A stretch of 60,574 nucleotides of DNA, counting the filler. It is 7 parts of 7 records of this genome, joined end to end, with 100 filler letters (N's around TTAATTAATTAA, not from the genome) between each part and the next. Parts side by side here need not be neighbours in the genome. Positions count along the whole stretch, not along the records: positions 23,097 to 29,553 come from SRR31156797_25801; positions 29,654 to 42,385 come from SRR31156797_25804; 5 more parts are not named here. One strand, 5' to 3'. Below, in pieces: positions 23,097 through 33,385 of the stretch. The translations under genes and the position numbers were made by a program. The notes under the pieces were generated by a model that did no database searches, was not told where the DNA came from, and saw nothing but the letters and a program-made list of their open reading frames with translations. Every line of letters starts with the position of its first letter. Position 1 is the stretch's first letter.

Positions 23097-23321
23097 GCGG
23101 CCAGGCGCCCTGCTGCGATCCTTTTGGTGGAGATTGCCATCTTATGTCCTTCTAAAAAATCAAAGGGCGTTTTCGTCCGGTGAGCCGCTCGCTATCTAAA
23201 GCTGATTTCCATGTATGATAATGTTGTAGATTTGTATCGGCCTCTTTCCATTTTTCATCTGTACTGATAATTAAGTCTGTACAATAACCAATAATCGAAC
23301 TGTAATTTGAGAGTTAAGTCC

Positions 23322-26300
23322 ATGAGTAAAAGATCTCTCGTCTTTATGTTTTGCTTCATTTTTGTCTTGGTCGCCATTTCGGCCCCGCCGAACTTTGCCC
23401 GCGCCCAACAGGATGATCTCAAGCGGGCAAACTCCCTGAACAGAAAAGTAAACATTTTATACAAACAGGGACGATTTGAAGAGGCCGCGCGTCTCAACCT
23501 CGAAGCTCTGAACCTGCGGACGAAGGCATTGGGTTCAGAACATCCCGAAGTCATTACCACCATGACCAACCAGTCTTATTTATATGAAAAAGCAGGAAAT
23601 TTAAGGCAAGCGATCTTGTTTCTTGAAAAAGCCCTGGCTGTCAAAGAAAAGCTGTTTGGACCCGAAAGCCGGGAGATCCTAAGCGATATCAGTGACCTCT
23701 CGAACCTATATGAATCACTGGATGAATATGCCAAGGCGGAATCTCTTCTTCAACGAGCCCTCGCCATAAGTAAATCAGTCTATGGCTATAATCACTCCAA
23801 TACGGCCATGTACATGAACAACCTGGGGCTTTTCTATTTCAAACAAGACAACTATGAGAAAGCCGAACCTTTCCTGACCAATGCTTTGGCGGTTTATGAA
23901 AAAATCCTTGGACCGGAACACACTGATCTGGCTGTTACCTTGACCAATCTTGCCGAACTGATGCGAAAAAAGGGCGACTACGCTCGGGCCGCACCCTACT
24001 ATGAAAGAGCTCTCCCTCTTGACGAAATAAGATATGGGCCGGAACATCCAAACGTGGCCTGGCTAATAAGAAACCTGGCTCAAGTCTACCAGCGATTAGA
24101 AAAATTTGACAAAGCCGAGTCTCTTTTCCTTAAATCCCTGGCTATTTATAAAAAGTCCATGGGCCCTGAAGACGGGAGCGTGGCCACCACCTTGCTCGAC
24201 TTCTCAGGTCTTTACAAAGAAATGGGCGACTATGCACGGGCTGTAAAACTTCTTGAACAAGCCATGGCGATTGGGGAGAAAATCCTTGGGCCCGACCACC
24301 CGAAAATAGCGCGCGACCTGAACAACCTGGCCTTGATGTATGAATCACTGGATGATCGGGCTAAAGCAGAACTATACTTTACAAGGGCGCTTAACATTAA
24401 CGAAAATGCATTGGGGCCGAGCCACCCTGATGTGGCCGCCGTCCTCTTCAACCTGGCCGATCATTACCGCACAAATAAAGACCACGAACGGGCCGAGCCC
24501 CTCTTCTTAAGGGCTCTTGCCATAATGGAGAATCATGATCCCGACCACCAGGATACAGCAACCTACTCAAACAATCTTGCCCTGCTCTACCTCGATCGCC
24601 GGGAATTTAATAAAGCAGAGACTTTTTTTAAAAAAGCGCTTTTGATAAGGGAAAATGCATTGGGGCGGGAACACCCGAAAGTCGCCGTTTACCTGAACAA
24701 TCTGGCCGCACTCTATTTCGCCATGGGCGACTATTTAAAGGCCGAGCAACTTTACAAGAGATCTTTGGCTATCAAGGAAAAAAGCTTTGGCGCCGATCAT
24801 CCCGAAATCACTGCCTGCCTTCTTCCACTTGCCGATATTTACCTGGAAATCGGGGAATATGACAAGGCCGAATTTATGTACAAAAGAGTGTTGGCTGTCA
24901 ATGAAAAGGTCTTCGGCCCGGACAACAAAGAACTGGGCGCTGCATTGAACGGCCTGGCCGGTCTTTATTACACCCTGGGCAGGTACGATGAGGCAGGGGC
25001 GCTTTTTCAAAGAGCCCTGGATATCACCGAGAAGAACTATGGAAGCAACCACCCTAATACGGCTTCTGTTTTGAACAACCTTGCCGAAATGCAAAAATCC
25101 ATGGGCGATTACACCAAAGCCGAATCCCTGTACAAAAGGGCTTTTTTTATTGATAAAAATGCATACGGTCCGGATCATCCGGAGATTTCCACGGATTTGA
25201 ATAACCTGGGCGGCTTATATTTCACTATCGGTGATTACGACAAGGCGGCGCCGCTTTTCACAAAAGCACTGGAGATAGATGAAAAGACTTACGGCCCCGA
25301 CCATCCCAAAGTAGCGTCTGTCTTAAATAACCTGGCCATGATATTTAAGCTGACAGGCGATCTCGTAACATCCGAGAGGATCTTCAAAAGGGTTTTGCGC
25401 ATCAGGGAAAAATCATTCGGCGCCGACCACCCCAAAGTGAGCATCACCTTGAATAATATGGCTGAACTGTACCGGACCATGGGAAAATTCCATATGGCGA
25501 AACCCTTGTATAATAAAGCCCTGACCATAAACGAAAAGGTATATGGACCGAATCACCCTGACGCAGCCCTCATCCTTAACAATATGGCCTTGCTCCATGC
25601 CGGCGGGAAAGAATTTAACCAAGCCCTTTTGCTGCTTAAAAGGGCCCAGAAAATTGAAGAAACCCTGATTGACCAAGTCATCGGGTTTGCCTCTGAAAAC
25701 ATGCAACTCATGTATCTCGCCGCCACAAAGCCCGACCTTGAGGGAGCACTGAGCCTGATTGCCCAACATTTGAGCAAGGATGCGGAATCAAGGAAAGACG
25801 CGTTGAATCTTTGGCTGCGCCGCAAAGGAATTGTTCTTGAAGCCCAAAAGAGGTTTCAGGAAGCAATAGTCTATTCAGATAATCCGGAAGCATTAAAAAC
25901 TTTTCAACAACTCGCCAGAACCAGGTCAAAGATTTCCAGATTGGTTTTTAAAGGCCCTGGACAACAGAACTTGGCAGAATACAGAAAAAAAATTGCCGAC
26001 CTTGAAAAACACAGACAAGAACTGGAGGCCAGGCTGATCGAATTGAGTCGATCCTATGCCCGTTATCGTGAAAAATACAAGACCGACGCACAAAAGACGG
26101 CGGCAAGCCTGCCCCATGGCTCAGTCCTCATCGAGTTTGCTAATATCAGGCACTATAATTTCGAGAGCGGGGCCCAGGGAAAATTGTGGCGGCCGGCTCA
26201 TTATCTGGCCTTTGTGCTGCATGCCGGCGACGGCGGCCGTGTCGGTCTGGTTGATTTGGGTGACGCCGAGATTATCGACCAGAATATTGAAGTTTTAAAA

Positions 26301-27380
26301 AAAGCATTGCGCGACTCAAAAGACTTGCAAGGGAAAGCCGTATCAAGAGCCGGGCATAAATTATACAATTTGGTCTTTGCTCCATTAAAAAAAGAAATCG
26401 GCAAGGTCAAAGAGATTTTCATTTCCCCGGACGGAAACCTTAACCTGATCCCTTTCGAGGTCATGCAAGCCCCTGACGGAAAATTTCTCATCGAGGAATA
26501 TACTTTTAACTACCTTGCCTCGGGACGGGACCTGACCTTGTCTGAATCGGCAAAACAAAAAACGGGAAAATCCCTGATAATAGGTGATCCTGATTTTGAT
26601 ATGACAATTGAAGAAAAAGACGCCGCCTTGAGGGAAATGGGGATTTCTCTAACTCAAAACGGAAAGAATGCAAAAAGGTCTCCAGACATGCGCGGCATGA
26701 TCTTTCATCCGCTGCCCGGCACGCTTGAAGAAGCGCTGGCGGTACAAGATATTTTAGGTTCAGACCTGAGCGAGGTTCATATCGGGCGGGCCGCTCTTGT
26801 AGAGGTTCTGAAAAACAGGAACTCGCCCAGGATCATTCATTTGGCCACACACGGCTTTTTCCTCACCGATCAACAGTTCTTGAGACTGATTGACGTTGAA
26901 AAATGGGGAGCATTCACAGCCGATTCGGCAGCAACTGTTGTTCCAGGTCAATTAACGTTTGAAAATCCATTACTTAGAAGCGGCCTGGCCCTGGCCGGGG
27001 CGAATACAGACGTTTCCGGCGGCCTGTTTACCGCTGAAAAAGTCCTGGAACTTAAGCTTCGGGGGACCGATCTGGTTGTGCTCTCAGCCTGCAATACCGG
27101 TCTTGGTGAAGTAAAAAACGGTGAAGGCGTGTACGGCCTTAGAAGAGCTTTTATTCAAGCAGGCGCCAAAGGCCTGGTGATGAGCATGTGGCCTGTTCCC
27201 GACCTGGAAACCAAGGAATTAATGATTCAATTCTATAAGAATCTGCAAACAGGCAATCTTGATCGATGCCGAGCGCTCCGCAATGCCGCGCTCAAGCAGA
27301 TGCAAACCGTAAAAGAGCGATACGGCCATGCCAACCCCCTGTTCTGGGGCGCTTTCGTGTTTCTGGGAGCGCCTAAATAA
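23322..27380 (+). CDS. Secreted TPR (kinesin-light-chain type) plus CHAT caspase-like protease
   Basis: Signal peptide, 17 GPEHP-like linkers at about 42-aa period, CHAT dyad motifs HLATHG and VLSACNTG, C-terminal PLFWGAF. Confidence 0.92.
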   Translation: MSKRSLVFMFCFIFVLVAISAPPNFARAQQDDLKRANSLNRKVNILYKQGRFEEAARLNLEALNLRTKALGSEHPEVITTMTNQSYLYEKAGNLRQAILFLEKALAVKEKLFGPESREILSDISDLSNLYESLDEYAKAESLLQRALAISKSVYGYNHSNTAMYMNNLGLFYFKQDNYEKAEPFLTNALAVYEKILGPEHTDLAVTLTNLAELMRKKGDYARAAPYYERALPLDEIRYGPEHPNVAWLIRNLAQVYQRLEKFDKAESLFLKSLAIYKKSMGPEDGSVATTLLDFSGLYKEMGDYARAVKLLEQAMAIGEKILGPDHPKIARDLNNLALMYESLDDRAKAELYFTRALNINENALGPSHPDVAAVLFNLADHYRTNKDHERAEPLFLRALAIMENHDPDHQDTATYSNNLALLYLDRREFNKAETFFKKALLIRENALGREHPKVAVYLNNLAALYFAMGDYLKAEQLYKRSLAIKEKSFGADHPEITACLLPLADIYLEIGEYDKAEFMYKRVLAVNEKVFGPDNKELGAALNGLAGLYYTLGRYDEAGALFQRALDITEKNYGSNHPNTASVLNNLAEMQKSMGDYTKAESLYKRAFFIDKNAYGPDHPEISTDLNNLGGLYFTIGDYDKAAPLFTKALEIDEKTYGPDHPKVASVLNNLAMIFKLTGDLVTSERIFKRVLRIREKSFGADHPKVSITLNNMAELYRTMGKFHMAKPLYNKALTINEKVYGPNHPDAALILNNMALLHAGGKEFNQALLLLKRAQKIEETLIDQVIGFASENMQLMYLAATKPDLEGALSLIAQHLSKDAESRKDALNLWLRRKGIVLEAQKRFQEAIVYSDNPEALKTFQQLARTRSKISRLVFKGPGQQNLAEYRKKIADLEKHRQELEARLIELSRSYARYREKYKTDAQKTAASLPHGSVLIEFANIRHYNFESGAQGKLWRPAHYLAFVLHAGDGGRVGLVDLGDAEIIDQNIEVLKKALRDSKDLQGKAVSRAGHKLYNLVFAPLKKEIGKVKEIFISPDGNLNLIPFEVMQAPDGKFLIEEYTFNYLASGRDLTLSESAKQKTGKSLIIGDPDFDMTIEEKDAALREMGISLTQNGKNAKRSPDMRGMIFHPLPGTLEEALAVQDILGSDLSEVHIGRAALVEVLKNRNSPRIIHLATHGFFLTDQQFLRLIDVEKWGAFTADSAATVVPGQLTFENPLLRSGLALAGANTDVSGGLFTAEKVLELKLRGTDLVVLSACNTGLGEVKNGEGVYGLRRAFIQAGAKGLVMSMWPVPDLETKELMIQFYKNLQTGNLDRCRALRNAALKQMQTVKERYGHANPLFWGAFVFLGAPK

Positions 27381-27531
27381 TTGGGATCATGTCTTTGATT
27401 GGCGTTTGAACCGAAGCCCTGCCCCCTTTTCGTCCCCTTTTCTAATTCACTTATATGGGTTAAATTTTAAAAGGGAGCGATTATCCATCCCGGAATTCAT
27501 TCCCGGAATTTGCCTGCTTAGGAATTTAATC

Positions 27532-28407
27532 ATGCCCGATTTCTTACAGAAGAACGATCAACAAAGGAATTCTCCGCCGGAATGGTTCATGGACGCGGTT
27601 ATGGAGGAGCTTTTCAGGCAACGAAAGCTGGACTTAAAAGCCTATCGTCGCAAAACCCTGGAAAGACGCCTGCAAAAACTTATGAAGCGGCCGAACATGC
27701 AAAACCCGGAGAACTACCTTCTGTTACTCCGTAACAATGCAGAAGAATGCGACCATCTCATAGACGCCCTGACGATCCAGGTCAGTTCCTTTTTTCGGAA
27801 TCCCATTGTTTGGGAAATCATGGCCCAAACATTGATTCCCGAAATAATCCAGGTTAAAAAGGATGCCGGAAGCAGGGAAATCCGCATCTGGTCGGCCGGT
27901 TGCGCCGGAGGCGAAGAAGCTTATTCCGCGGCTATTCTTGTTAATGAAGCCGTGCAAAATGAAATAGAAAACTGGAACATCCATATATTCGCCACCGATA
28001 TAAGCCCACAGGCCTTAAAAGATGCGGAAGCCGGTCGGTATGCTGTAGAAAAGCTCGATCATACAAAACTTGGGATACTGGATAAGTATTTTACACGGGC
28101 GGGAACCGGCTATGCCGTTTCCCCGCAAATCAGAAACATGGTTAGTTTTTCCATTGACGATTTAACATCCATGGATCGGCTGGCGCCCGCGGCCAGCGTT
28201 TTCGGATCATTCGACTTTATATTTTGCCGTAATGTTCTAATATATTTTTCCCTAGATCTTCAACAAAGGGTGCTGATCAAACTGTCGGACTCACTGGCCA
28301 AAGGAGGCTGGTTATTGTTGGGCGACACGGAATCAATGACTCCCGATTTGGAACAACGGCTGACGCCCTTTGACAGGATCAATCGAATATTTCAACGTTC
28401 CCAGTAG
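27532..28407 (+). CDS. cheR: CheR-family protein-glutamate methyltransferase
   Basis: SSFFRN, IWSAGCAGGEEAYS, ATDIS and FCRNVLIYF motifs; start set at MPDFL. Confidence 0.9.
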   Translation: MPDFLQKNDQQRNSPPEWFMDAVMEELFRQRKLDLKAYRRKTLERRLQKLMKRPNMQNPENYLLLLRNNAEECDHLIDALTIQVSSFFRNPIVWEIMAQTLIPEIIQVKKDAGSREIRIWSAGCAGGEEAYSAAILVNEAVQNEIENWNIHIFATDISPQALKDAEAGRYAVEKLDHTKLGILDKYFTRAGTGYAVSPQIRNMVSFSIDDLTSMDRLAPAASVFGSFDFIFCRNVLIYFSLDLQQRVLIKLSDSLAKGGWLLLGDTESMTPDLEQRLTPFDRINRIFQRSQ

Positions 28408-28492
28408 CATCCAACCACTAAATGGGAAAGAAGCCGTTTTAAGGCAAGCTCTAAAGCAGCAATCCAATCTCTTGCACAAGGAGAAATGAGGG

Positions 28493-29553
28493 ATGAAAGG
28501 TTTGAATAGTATAACAATCAGAAACAGAATGATAATTACTGCGGTGATAATGGTCCTGCTCTTTGTCATATTCGGCCTTGCCTCGCTTAAACAGATGAAC
28601 GAGTTGGGCGAGTTGACCTCTACATTGTACGACCACCCTCTAACCGTCTCTAATGCCGCTCTCAGGGCCAGGGCCGGCGTCTTGAGCATGCACAGGAGCA
28701 TGAAAGACGTCACCATGTCGCGGTCGGAAGCGGAAATACACACGGCCATGCAAGCGGTTAAAACCGAAGAAGTAAAAGTCTACCGGCAACTTGACCTTGT
28801 AAAAGAGCGTATTCTTGGGGCGGAAGGGAAAAACCTGGTTCATGAAACCATACAAATGTTCGCGGGGTGGAAGTCTATCCGAATTGAAGTCCAGGATCTG
28901 GCTCTGCTGGGTGAAAAAGCGCTGGCCAGCCGTATAACCAAGGGCAAAGGCGCTGACTACGTGGCTCAACTCGAACGCAAAATGGCTGACTTAAACGTCT
29001 ATGCCAGAAACAAGGCTGACGGCTTCATGGTCAGAGCCGGGGAAGTGCAGCATGGTATTGTCATTCAAACAATTATCTTTATTCTTTGCGTGGCTTTTAT
29101 TTCATCTCTTGTTTCCATGGTTATGATCCGCAGTATATTGTCCAGCCTGTCCTCTCTCGGCGCGACCATGGAACAGATCAGTTCTACAGGCAATTTAACC
29201 ATGACTTCGATGCCCGGCTCCAATGAGATAACGGAAATGGCTGAACATTTTAACGGGCTCGTAAGCCGATTGAAAAACCAGTTCTGGCTGCGCGACGGCC
29301 TTAATGAGCTTAACAGGGAACTTTCCGGCGACCTGACCTACGACGAACTGGTAAGTCGAAGCATAAATTTTATTTCCAGGCACACTGGCGCTTGCTCCGG
29401 AGCACTCTATTCCTTTGATCGACTTGAAAAAGTCGCGGAGTTGAAGGCTTCTTACGCCTTTGTCGACCGCAAACACCTGTCCAACCGATTTGAAGCAGGC
29501 CAGGGAATTATCGGGCAGGTTGCAGTAGAAATGAAGCCCATCCATTTGAAAGG
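28493..29553 (+). CDS. Membrane sensor (four-helix bundle, HAMP, GAF), probable hybrid histidine kinase; 3-prime truncated
   Basis: Two TMs around LYDHPLTVS bundle, HAMP NEITEMAEHFN, WLRDG, GQGIIGQVA GAF. Confidence 0.75.
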
Positions 29554-29653
29554 NNNNNNNNNNNNNNNNNNNNNNNNNNNNNNNNNNNNNNNNNNNNTTA
29601 ATTAATTAANNNNNNNNNNNNNNNNNNNNNNNNNNNNNNNNNNNNNNNNNNNN
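29554..29653. other. Artificial contig linker
   Basis: 44 N + TTAATTAATTAA + 44 N. Confidence 0.99.
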
Positions 29654-30059
29654 CAAACAGAATGAAAAAGCGAAGAATGAAAAGGGTTGATGTTGCGTAA
29701 ACGACACGGATCATGTCAAGCAGGGTTTTGGAACAAAGTACGCTCAAATATCTATCAAGACAAGCCTTTTCCTGTCAAGGCAAAATCCTGAAATTTTCGG
29801 AAAAATAGTCCGCAAATAAAGGAAAGCATATGCCTGAACCCATGGTGTCATCACCCGTTTCGGATTGATCCCGTTCAGCGCCTCCGCCTTTTAACCCCAT
29901 TTCTTTTGCAATTTCCCGCAGGACAACCATTTTTTTCTTGACATGGAGGACGAAAGGTAGAATGATTGAATCATAGCATGTAAATGGCGCTCTCTTACAA
30001 AGCAGCCAGATATATTTTTCACAGCAGTCCACATCTGTTTCGGCCCGGGGATTAATAAG

Positions 30060-30845
30060 ATGGAAGATCTATCCAGCCCCATTGAAAATATGAAGTCGTC
30101 CGATGTGCGGCGAACAAGTGCCGCCGATGAGATATTCCATATACTGCATGAGCAGATCCTCTCGGGGAGACTGAAGGCAGGTGACAGGCTGCCCTCCCAG
30201 GATAAACTGGCCAAGCAACTGGGGGTCAGCCGAAATACCCTCCGCGAAGCCGTCTACAAACTGACCGTCATGGGCCTTTTAAAGGCCATGCAGGGGGTGG
30301 GGACGGTTGTCTGTTCCACAACCACCTCAACATATATGGCATCTCTCACGGAACACCTCCTCCTTCAGCCATCCACAGTGCGGGAGTTTCTGGAGGCAAG
30401 GATTTTTGTGGAACGGGGCACCGTCAGGTTGGCGGCGGAACGGGCCACCGCTGAAGGCATAAATCAGATGCGGCAAATTATCGCTAACCAGCGTGACGCC
30501 CACAGGGACGGAAACATCGATCGGTTCAGCAAACTTGACGCGGAATTTCACATAGCGCTCGCCCGCGCCAGCCGCAACAGCGTCCTGGAACGGTTTCTGG
30601 AAGTCATCCGGGATTTGCTGGACAGATTCATTTCCGAGGTTTCCCGCCTTCCCGAAGCGGTGGAAAAGGCAATCCGTTTCCATGAAAAAATCATCGACCG
30701 TATCCGTTCAAAGGATGCGGACGGCGCCGAGGATATGATCTCCCGGCACCTCCTGGATGTGGTCAAAAATATCGAAGGCAACATTCAGGTTAACCTTCAG
30801 GTCAATCGCCTGTTTAAAACAGCTCAATCTTCTAAGGAGGTATAA
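30060..30845 (+). CDS. GntR/FadR-family transcriptional regulator
   Basis: GDRLPS...LGVSRNTLREA wHTH and FCD domain DAEFH. Confidence 0.92.
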   Translation: MEDLSSPIENMKSSDVRRTSAADEIFHILHEQILSGRLKAGDRLPSQDKLAKQLGVSRNTLREAVYKLTVMGLLKAMQGVGTVVCSTTTSTYMASLTEHLLLQPSTVREFLEARIFVERGTVRLAAERATAEGINQMRQIIANQRDAHRDGNIDRFSKLDAEFHIALARASRNSVLERFLEVIRDLLDRFISEVSRLPEAVEKAIRFHEKIIDRIRSKDADGAEDMISRHLLDVVKNIEGNIQVNLQVNRLFKTAQSSKEV

Positions 30846-30848
30846 GGG

Positions 30849-31859
30849 ATGAAATCCACGTCGTATAATCTTATCATGTCAGCGCTCTATAAAGGGATGA
30901 AAGGGGAAAGGCCGCCCGTGGGCAATCCCACCTCCATTGCCTGTCACGGTCTGATGGACCTTTGCGGCATTTCCTTTCCCGAAGCCCATCTGAATCCACA
31001 GGCCATGGCGGAACTGGCCCTGGCAGGGCATGAAATACTCGGGTTTGATACGGTCATGCCGGAGTACAGTGTTGATCAGGAAGCGGCCGCCCTCGGCTGC
31101 AATGTGGACTGGGGCAACAGGGACCGGATGCCCGATTCCCGGCATTTTCCCCATGAAGATTTCTCCGACATCCAAATCCCGGAAGATTTCCTGGAAAAAC
31201 CATCCATGGGCGTACTCCTTGACGCCCTTTCCATCCTTCGGCGACATGTGGGCGGAAAGGCTGCCATTATCGGAAAAGTGATGGGGCCATGGACCCTTTC
31301 CTACCACATGGCCGGCACCCAGAATTTTCTGCTTCAGATCGGAATCGAGGAAAAGGAAATCGTGCACCGAATGATCCGGCAGCTCATGCCGGCAACCGTG
31401 GCTTCGGCCCGGGCCCAGTTCCAGGCGGGGGCGGACATTGTGGTGCTGGCCGATCATGCCACCGGAAATCTGGTCAGCCCTCGTCACTACGAGGAGTTTC
31501 TACTCCCCGTTCACCGGGAACTGACCAGCGTCATCGAAGGCCCCCTGATCCTGCATGTGTGCGGAAACTGCACGGACCGTCTGGAACTGTTTGCGGATGC
31601 CGGTTTTGACGGTTACCATTTTGAATGGCAGGTGGACGCTAAAACAGCCGTTCAAAAGATCGGCCACAGGATGTGTCTGGTGGGAAACGTCAACAATCCG
31701 GAGGTGCTTTACCAGGGAACGCCGGAGGACGTCTACGACCAGGCGCGCTATGCCATCGAAGCGGGTGTGGACATCATCGGTCCCGAATGCGCCATTCCGC
31801 TGTCCACCCCCATTGAGAACCTGAAAGCCATCGTCTCGGCCGCCCATGAAGGGTATTAA
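30849..31859 (+). CDS. MtaA/CmuA (URO-D fold) corrinoid methyltransferase
   Basis: EAAALGC, GPWTL, Zn ligands LHVCG and PECAI. Confidence 0.87.
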   Translation: MKSTSYNLIMSALYKGMKGERPPVGNPTSIACHGLMDLCGISFPEAHLNPQAMAELALAGHEILGFDTVMPEYSVDQEAAALGCNVDWGNRDRMPDSRHFPHEDFSDIQIPEDFLEKPSMGVLLDALSILRRHVGGKAAIIGKVMGPWTLSYHMAGTQNFLLQIGIEEKEIVHRMIRQLMPATVASARAQFQAGADIVVLADHATGNLVSPRHYEEFLLPVHRELTSVIEGPLILHVCGNCTDRLELFADAGFDGYHFEWQVDAKTAVQKIGHRMCLVGNVNNPEVLYQGTPEDVYDQARYAIEAGVDIIGPECAIPLSTPIENLKAIVSAAHEGY

Positions 31860-31917
31860 AGCCAAAAAGGGAATAAGATCATTTTCCGCTGATCCATCAA
31901 AGCAAAGCGAGGGAAAA

Positions 31918-32553
31918 ATGAATGAACTATTGAATACCATAAAAGAAGCGGTCATCAACCGAAAGCGAAAGGAGATCGAGGGGCTGGTGGGTGATGCCAT
32001 TGAAGCCGGAATGGAACCCGGCCTGATTATCAACGAGGGTCTGATTGCGGCCATGGATGTGGTGGGAGCGCAGTTTGCGGCAGATGACATCTTCGTACCG
32101 GAAATGCTGGCCTCTGCCCTGGCCATGAAAATGGGTCTGGCCAAAGTCAAACCTTTATTGAAGTCGGAAGATCAACCCTCCAGAGGGACCGTTCTCATGG
32201 GAACCGTAAGGGGCGACATGCACGACATCGGTAAAAATATTGTGAACATGATGCTGGAAGGGGCCGGATTCACGGTGGTGGACCTTGGTGTGGACCTGAC
32301 ATTGGAGCAACTCATGGAGGAGATCGAAAGTTTGAAACCGGATATCTTAGGTCTTTCCGCCCTTTTGACCATCACCCTGCCCGAAATGGAACGGGCTGTT
32401 CTGGAAATCGGCGAAAAGGGATTGCGAAAGGATATGAAGATCATGGTGGGCGGCGCACCGGTGAGCAAAACCTTTGCGAAAGAGATCGGCGCCGACGGCC
32501 ATGGGACAGATGCCGCCGAAGCGGTGGAGCTGGCAAAACGCTTAATTGGGTGA
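31918..32553 (+). CDS. Corrinoid (B12-binding) protein, MtbC/MttC-like
   Basis: DMHDIGKN, DLGVD, GLSALLT and VGGAP motifs; start set at MNELL after GAGGG. Confidence 0.93.
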   Translation: MNELLNTIKEAVINRKRKEIEGLVGDAIEAGMEPGLIINEGLIAAMDVVGAQFAADDIFVPEMLASALAMKMGLAKVKPLLKSEDQPSRGTVLMGTVRGDMHDIGKNIVNMMLEGAGFTVVDLGVDLTLEQLMEEIESLKPDILGLSALLTITLPEMERAVLEIGEKGLRKDMKIMVGGAPVSKTFAKEIGADGHGTDAAEAVELAKRLIG

Positions 32554-32569
32554 ATAGAGGAGCCGCATC

Positions 32570-33364
32570 ATGCTGATTGTTGCTGAAAGGATCAATTCTT
32601 CACGAAAAGCCATTCAAGAAGCCGTTTTATCGGGTGACGCTGATGTGATCCGGCATGAGGCGAAAATTCAGGCCCATGGGGGGGCCGACTATATCGATGT
32701 CAATGCCGGTACGTTTATCAGGGAAGAGCCGGCGCGGCTTCAATGGATCGTGGAAGTGGTTCAGGATGCCGTTTCACTTCCCCTGTGCATCGACAGCCCC
32801 GACCCCCGGGTCATCGGAAATATTCTTCCGCTGCTTGAAAAAACGCCCATGATCAATTCCATTACCCTGGAGCCATCCCGGCTGGAACCCATTTTACCCC
32901 TTGCAGTGGCGTACAAAGCAAACGTCATTGCCCTTTGCCAGTCTTCCAAGGGCATGGCGGAGACGGCGGACGAAAAAGTCCGCATGGCCCATGATCTGGT
33001 GGAAAAAGCGGAGCAGGCGGGGTTGCCCCGGGAATCTCTATATGTGGATCCGCTGGTATACCCCGTTGCCACGAGTCCTCTTTCGGCCGTGGCGGCACTT
33101 GAGACCATTGAAAGGATTAAAAAGGAGATCCCGGGCGTTCATACCATCTGCGGATTGACCAATGTGTCCTACGGGGTCCCTGAGCGAAAACTGATCAACC
33201 GGACGTTCCTGGTGGCAGCCATTGTCCGGGGGCTGGATTCGGCCATTATGGACCCCACCGACAAAAAGCTTTTCGGTGCCATGAAGGCCGCCCTTGCGGT
33301 GATGGGAAAAGATGAGTATTGCCTGGAGTTCATAGAGGCCTACAGAGCTGAGCGGATTGCCTAA
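32570..33364 (+). CDS. Methyltetrahydrofolate:corrinoid methyltransferase (AcsE/MT2, pterin-binding fold)
   Basis: ERINSSR, GADYIDVN, LCIDS, INSIT, VDPL and GLTNVSYG motifs. Confidence 0.9.
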   Translation: MLIVAERINSSRKAIQEAVLSGDADVIRHEAKIQAHGGADYIDVNAGTFIREEPARLQWIVEVVQDAVSLPLCIDSPDPRVIGNILPLLEKTPMINSITLEPSRLEPILPLAVAYKANVIALCQSSKGMAETADEKVRMAHDLVEKAEQAGLPRESLYVDPLVYPVATSPLSAVAALETIERIKKEIPGVHTICGLTNVSYGVPERKLINRTFLVAAIVRGLDSAIMDPTDKKLFGAMKAALAVMGKDEYCLEFIEAYRAERIA

Positions 33365-33385
33365 ACCTTCACCCTGGCATAGATT

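Noticed and set aside
23097-23140. Minus-strand gene start MAISTKRIAAGRLA at the contig edge
   Set aside because: Too short to assign any function
23322-27380. TPR-CHAT as part of a Craspase (type III-E CRISPR) system
   Set aside because: No cas genes or array on the contig, and the protein has a signal peptide
30849-33364. Pyrrolysine read-through or a cobalamin riboswitch at the methyltransferase operon
   Set aside because: No in-frame TAG splits these genes, and I found no riboswitch core upstream
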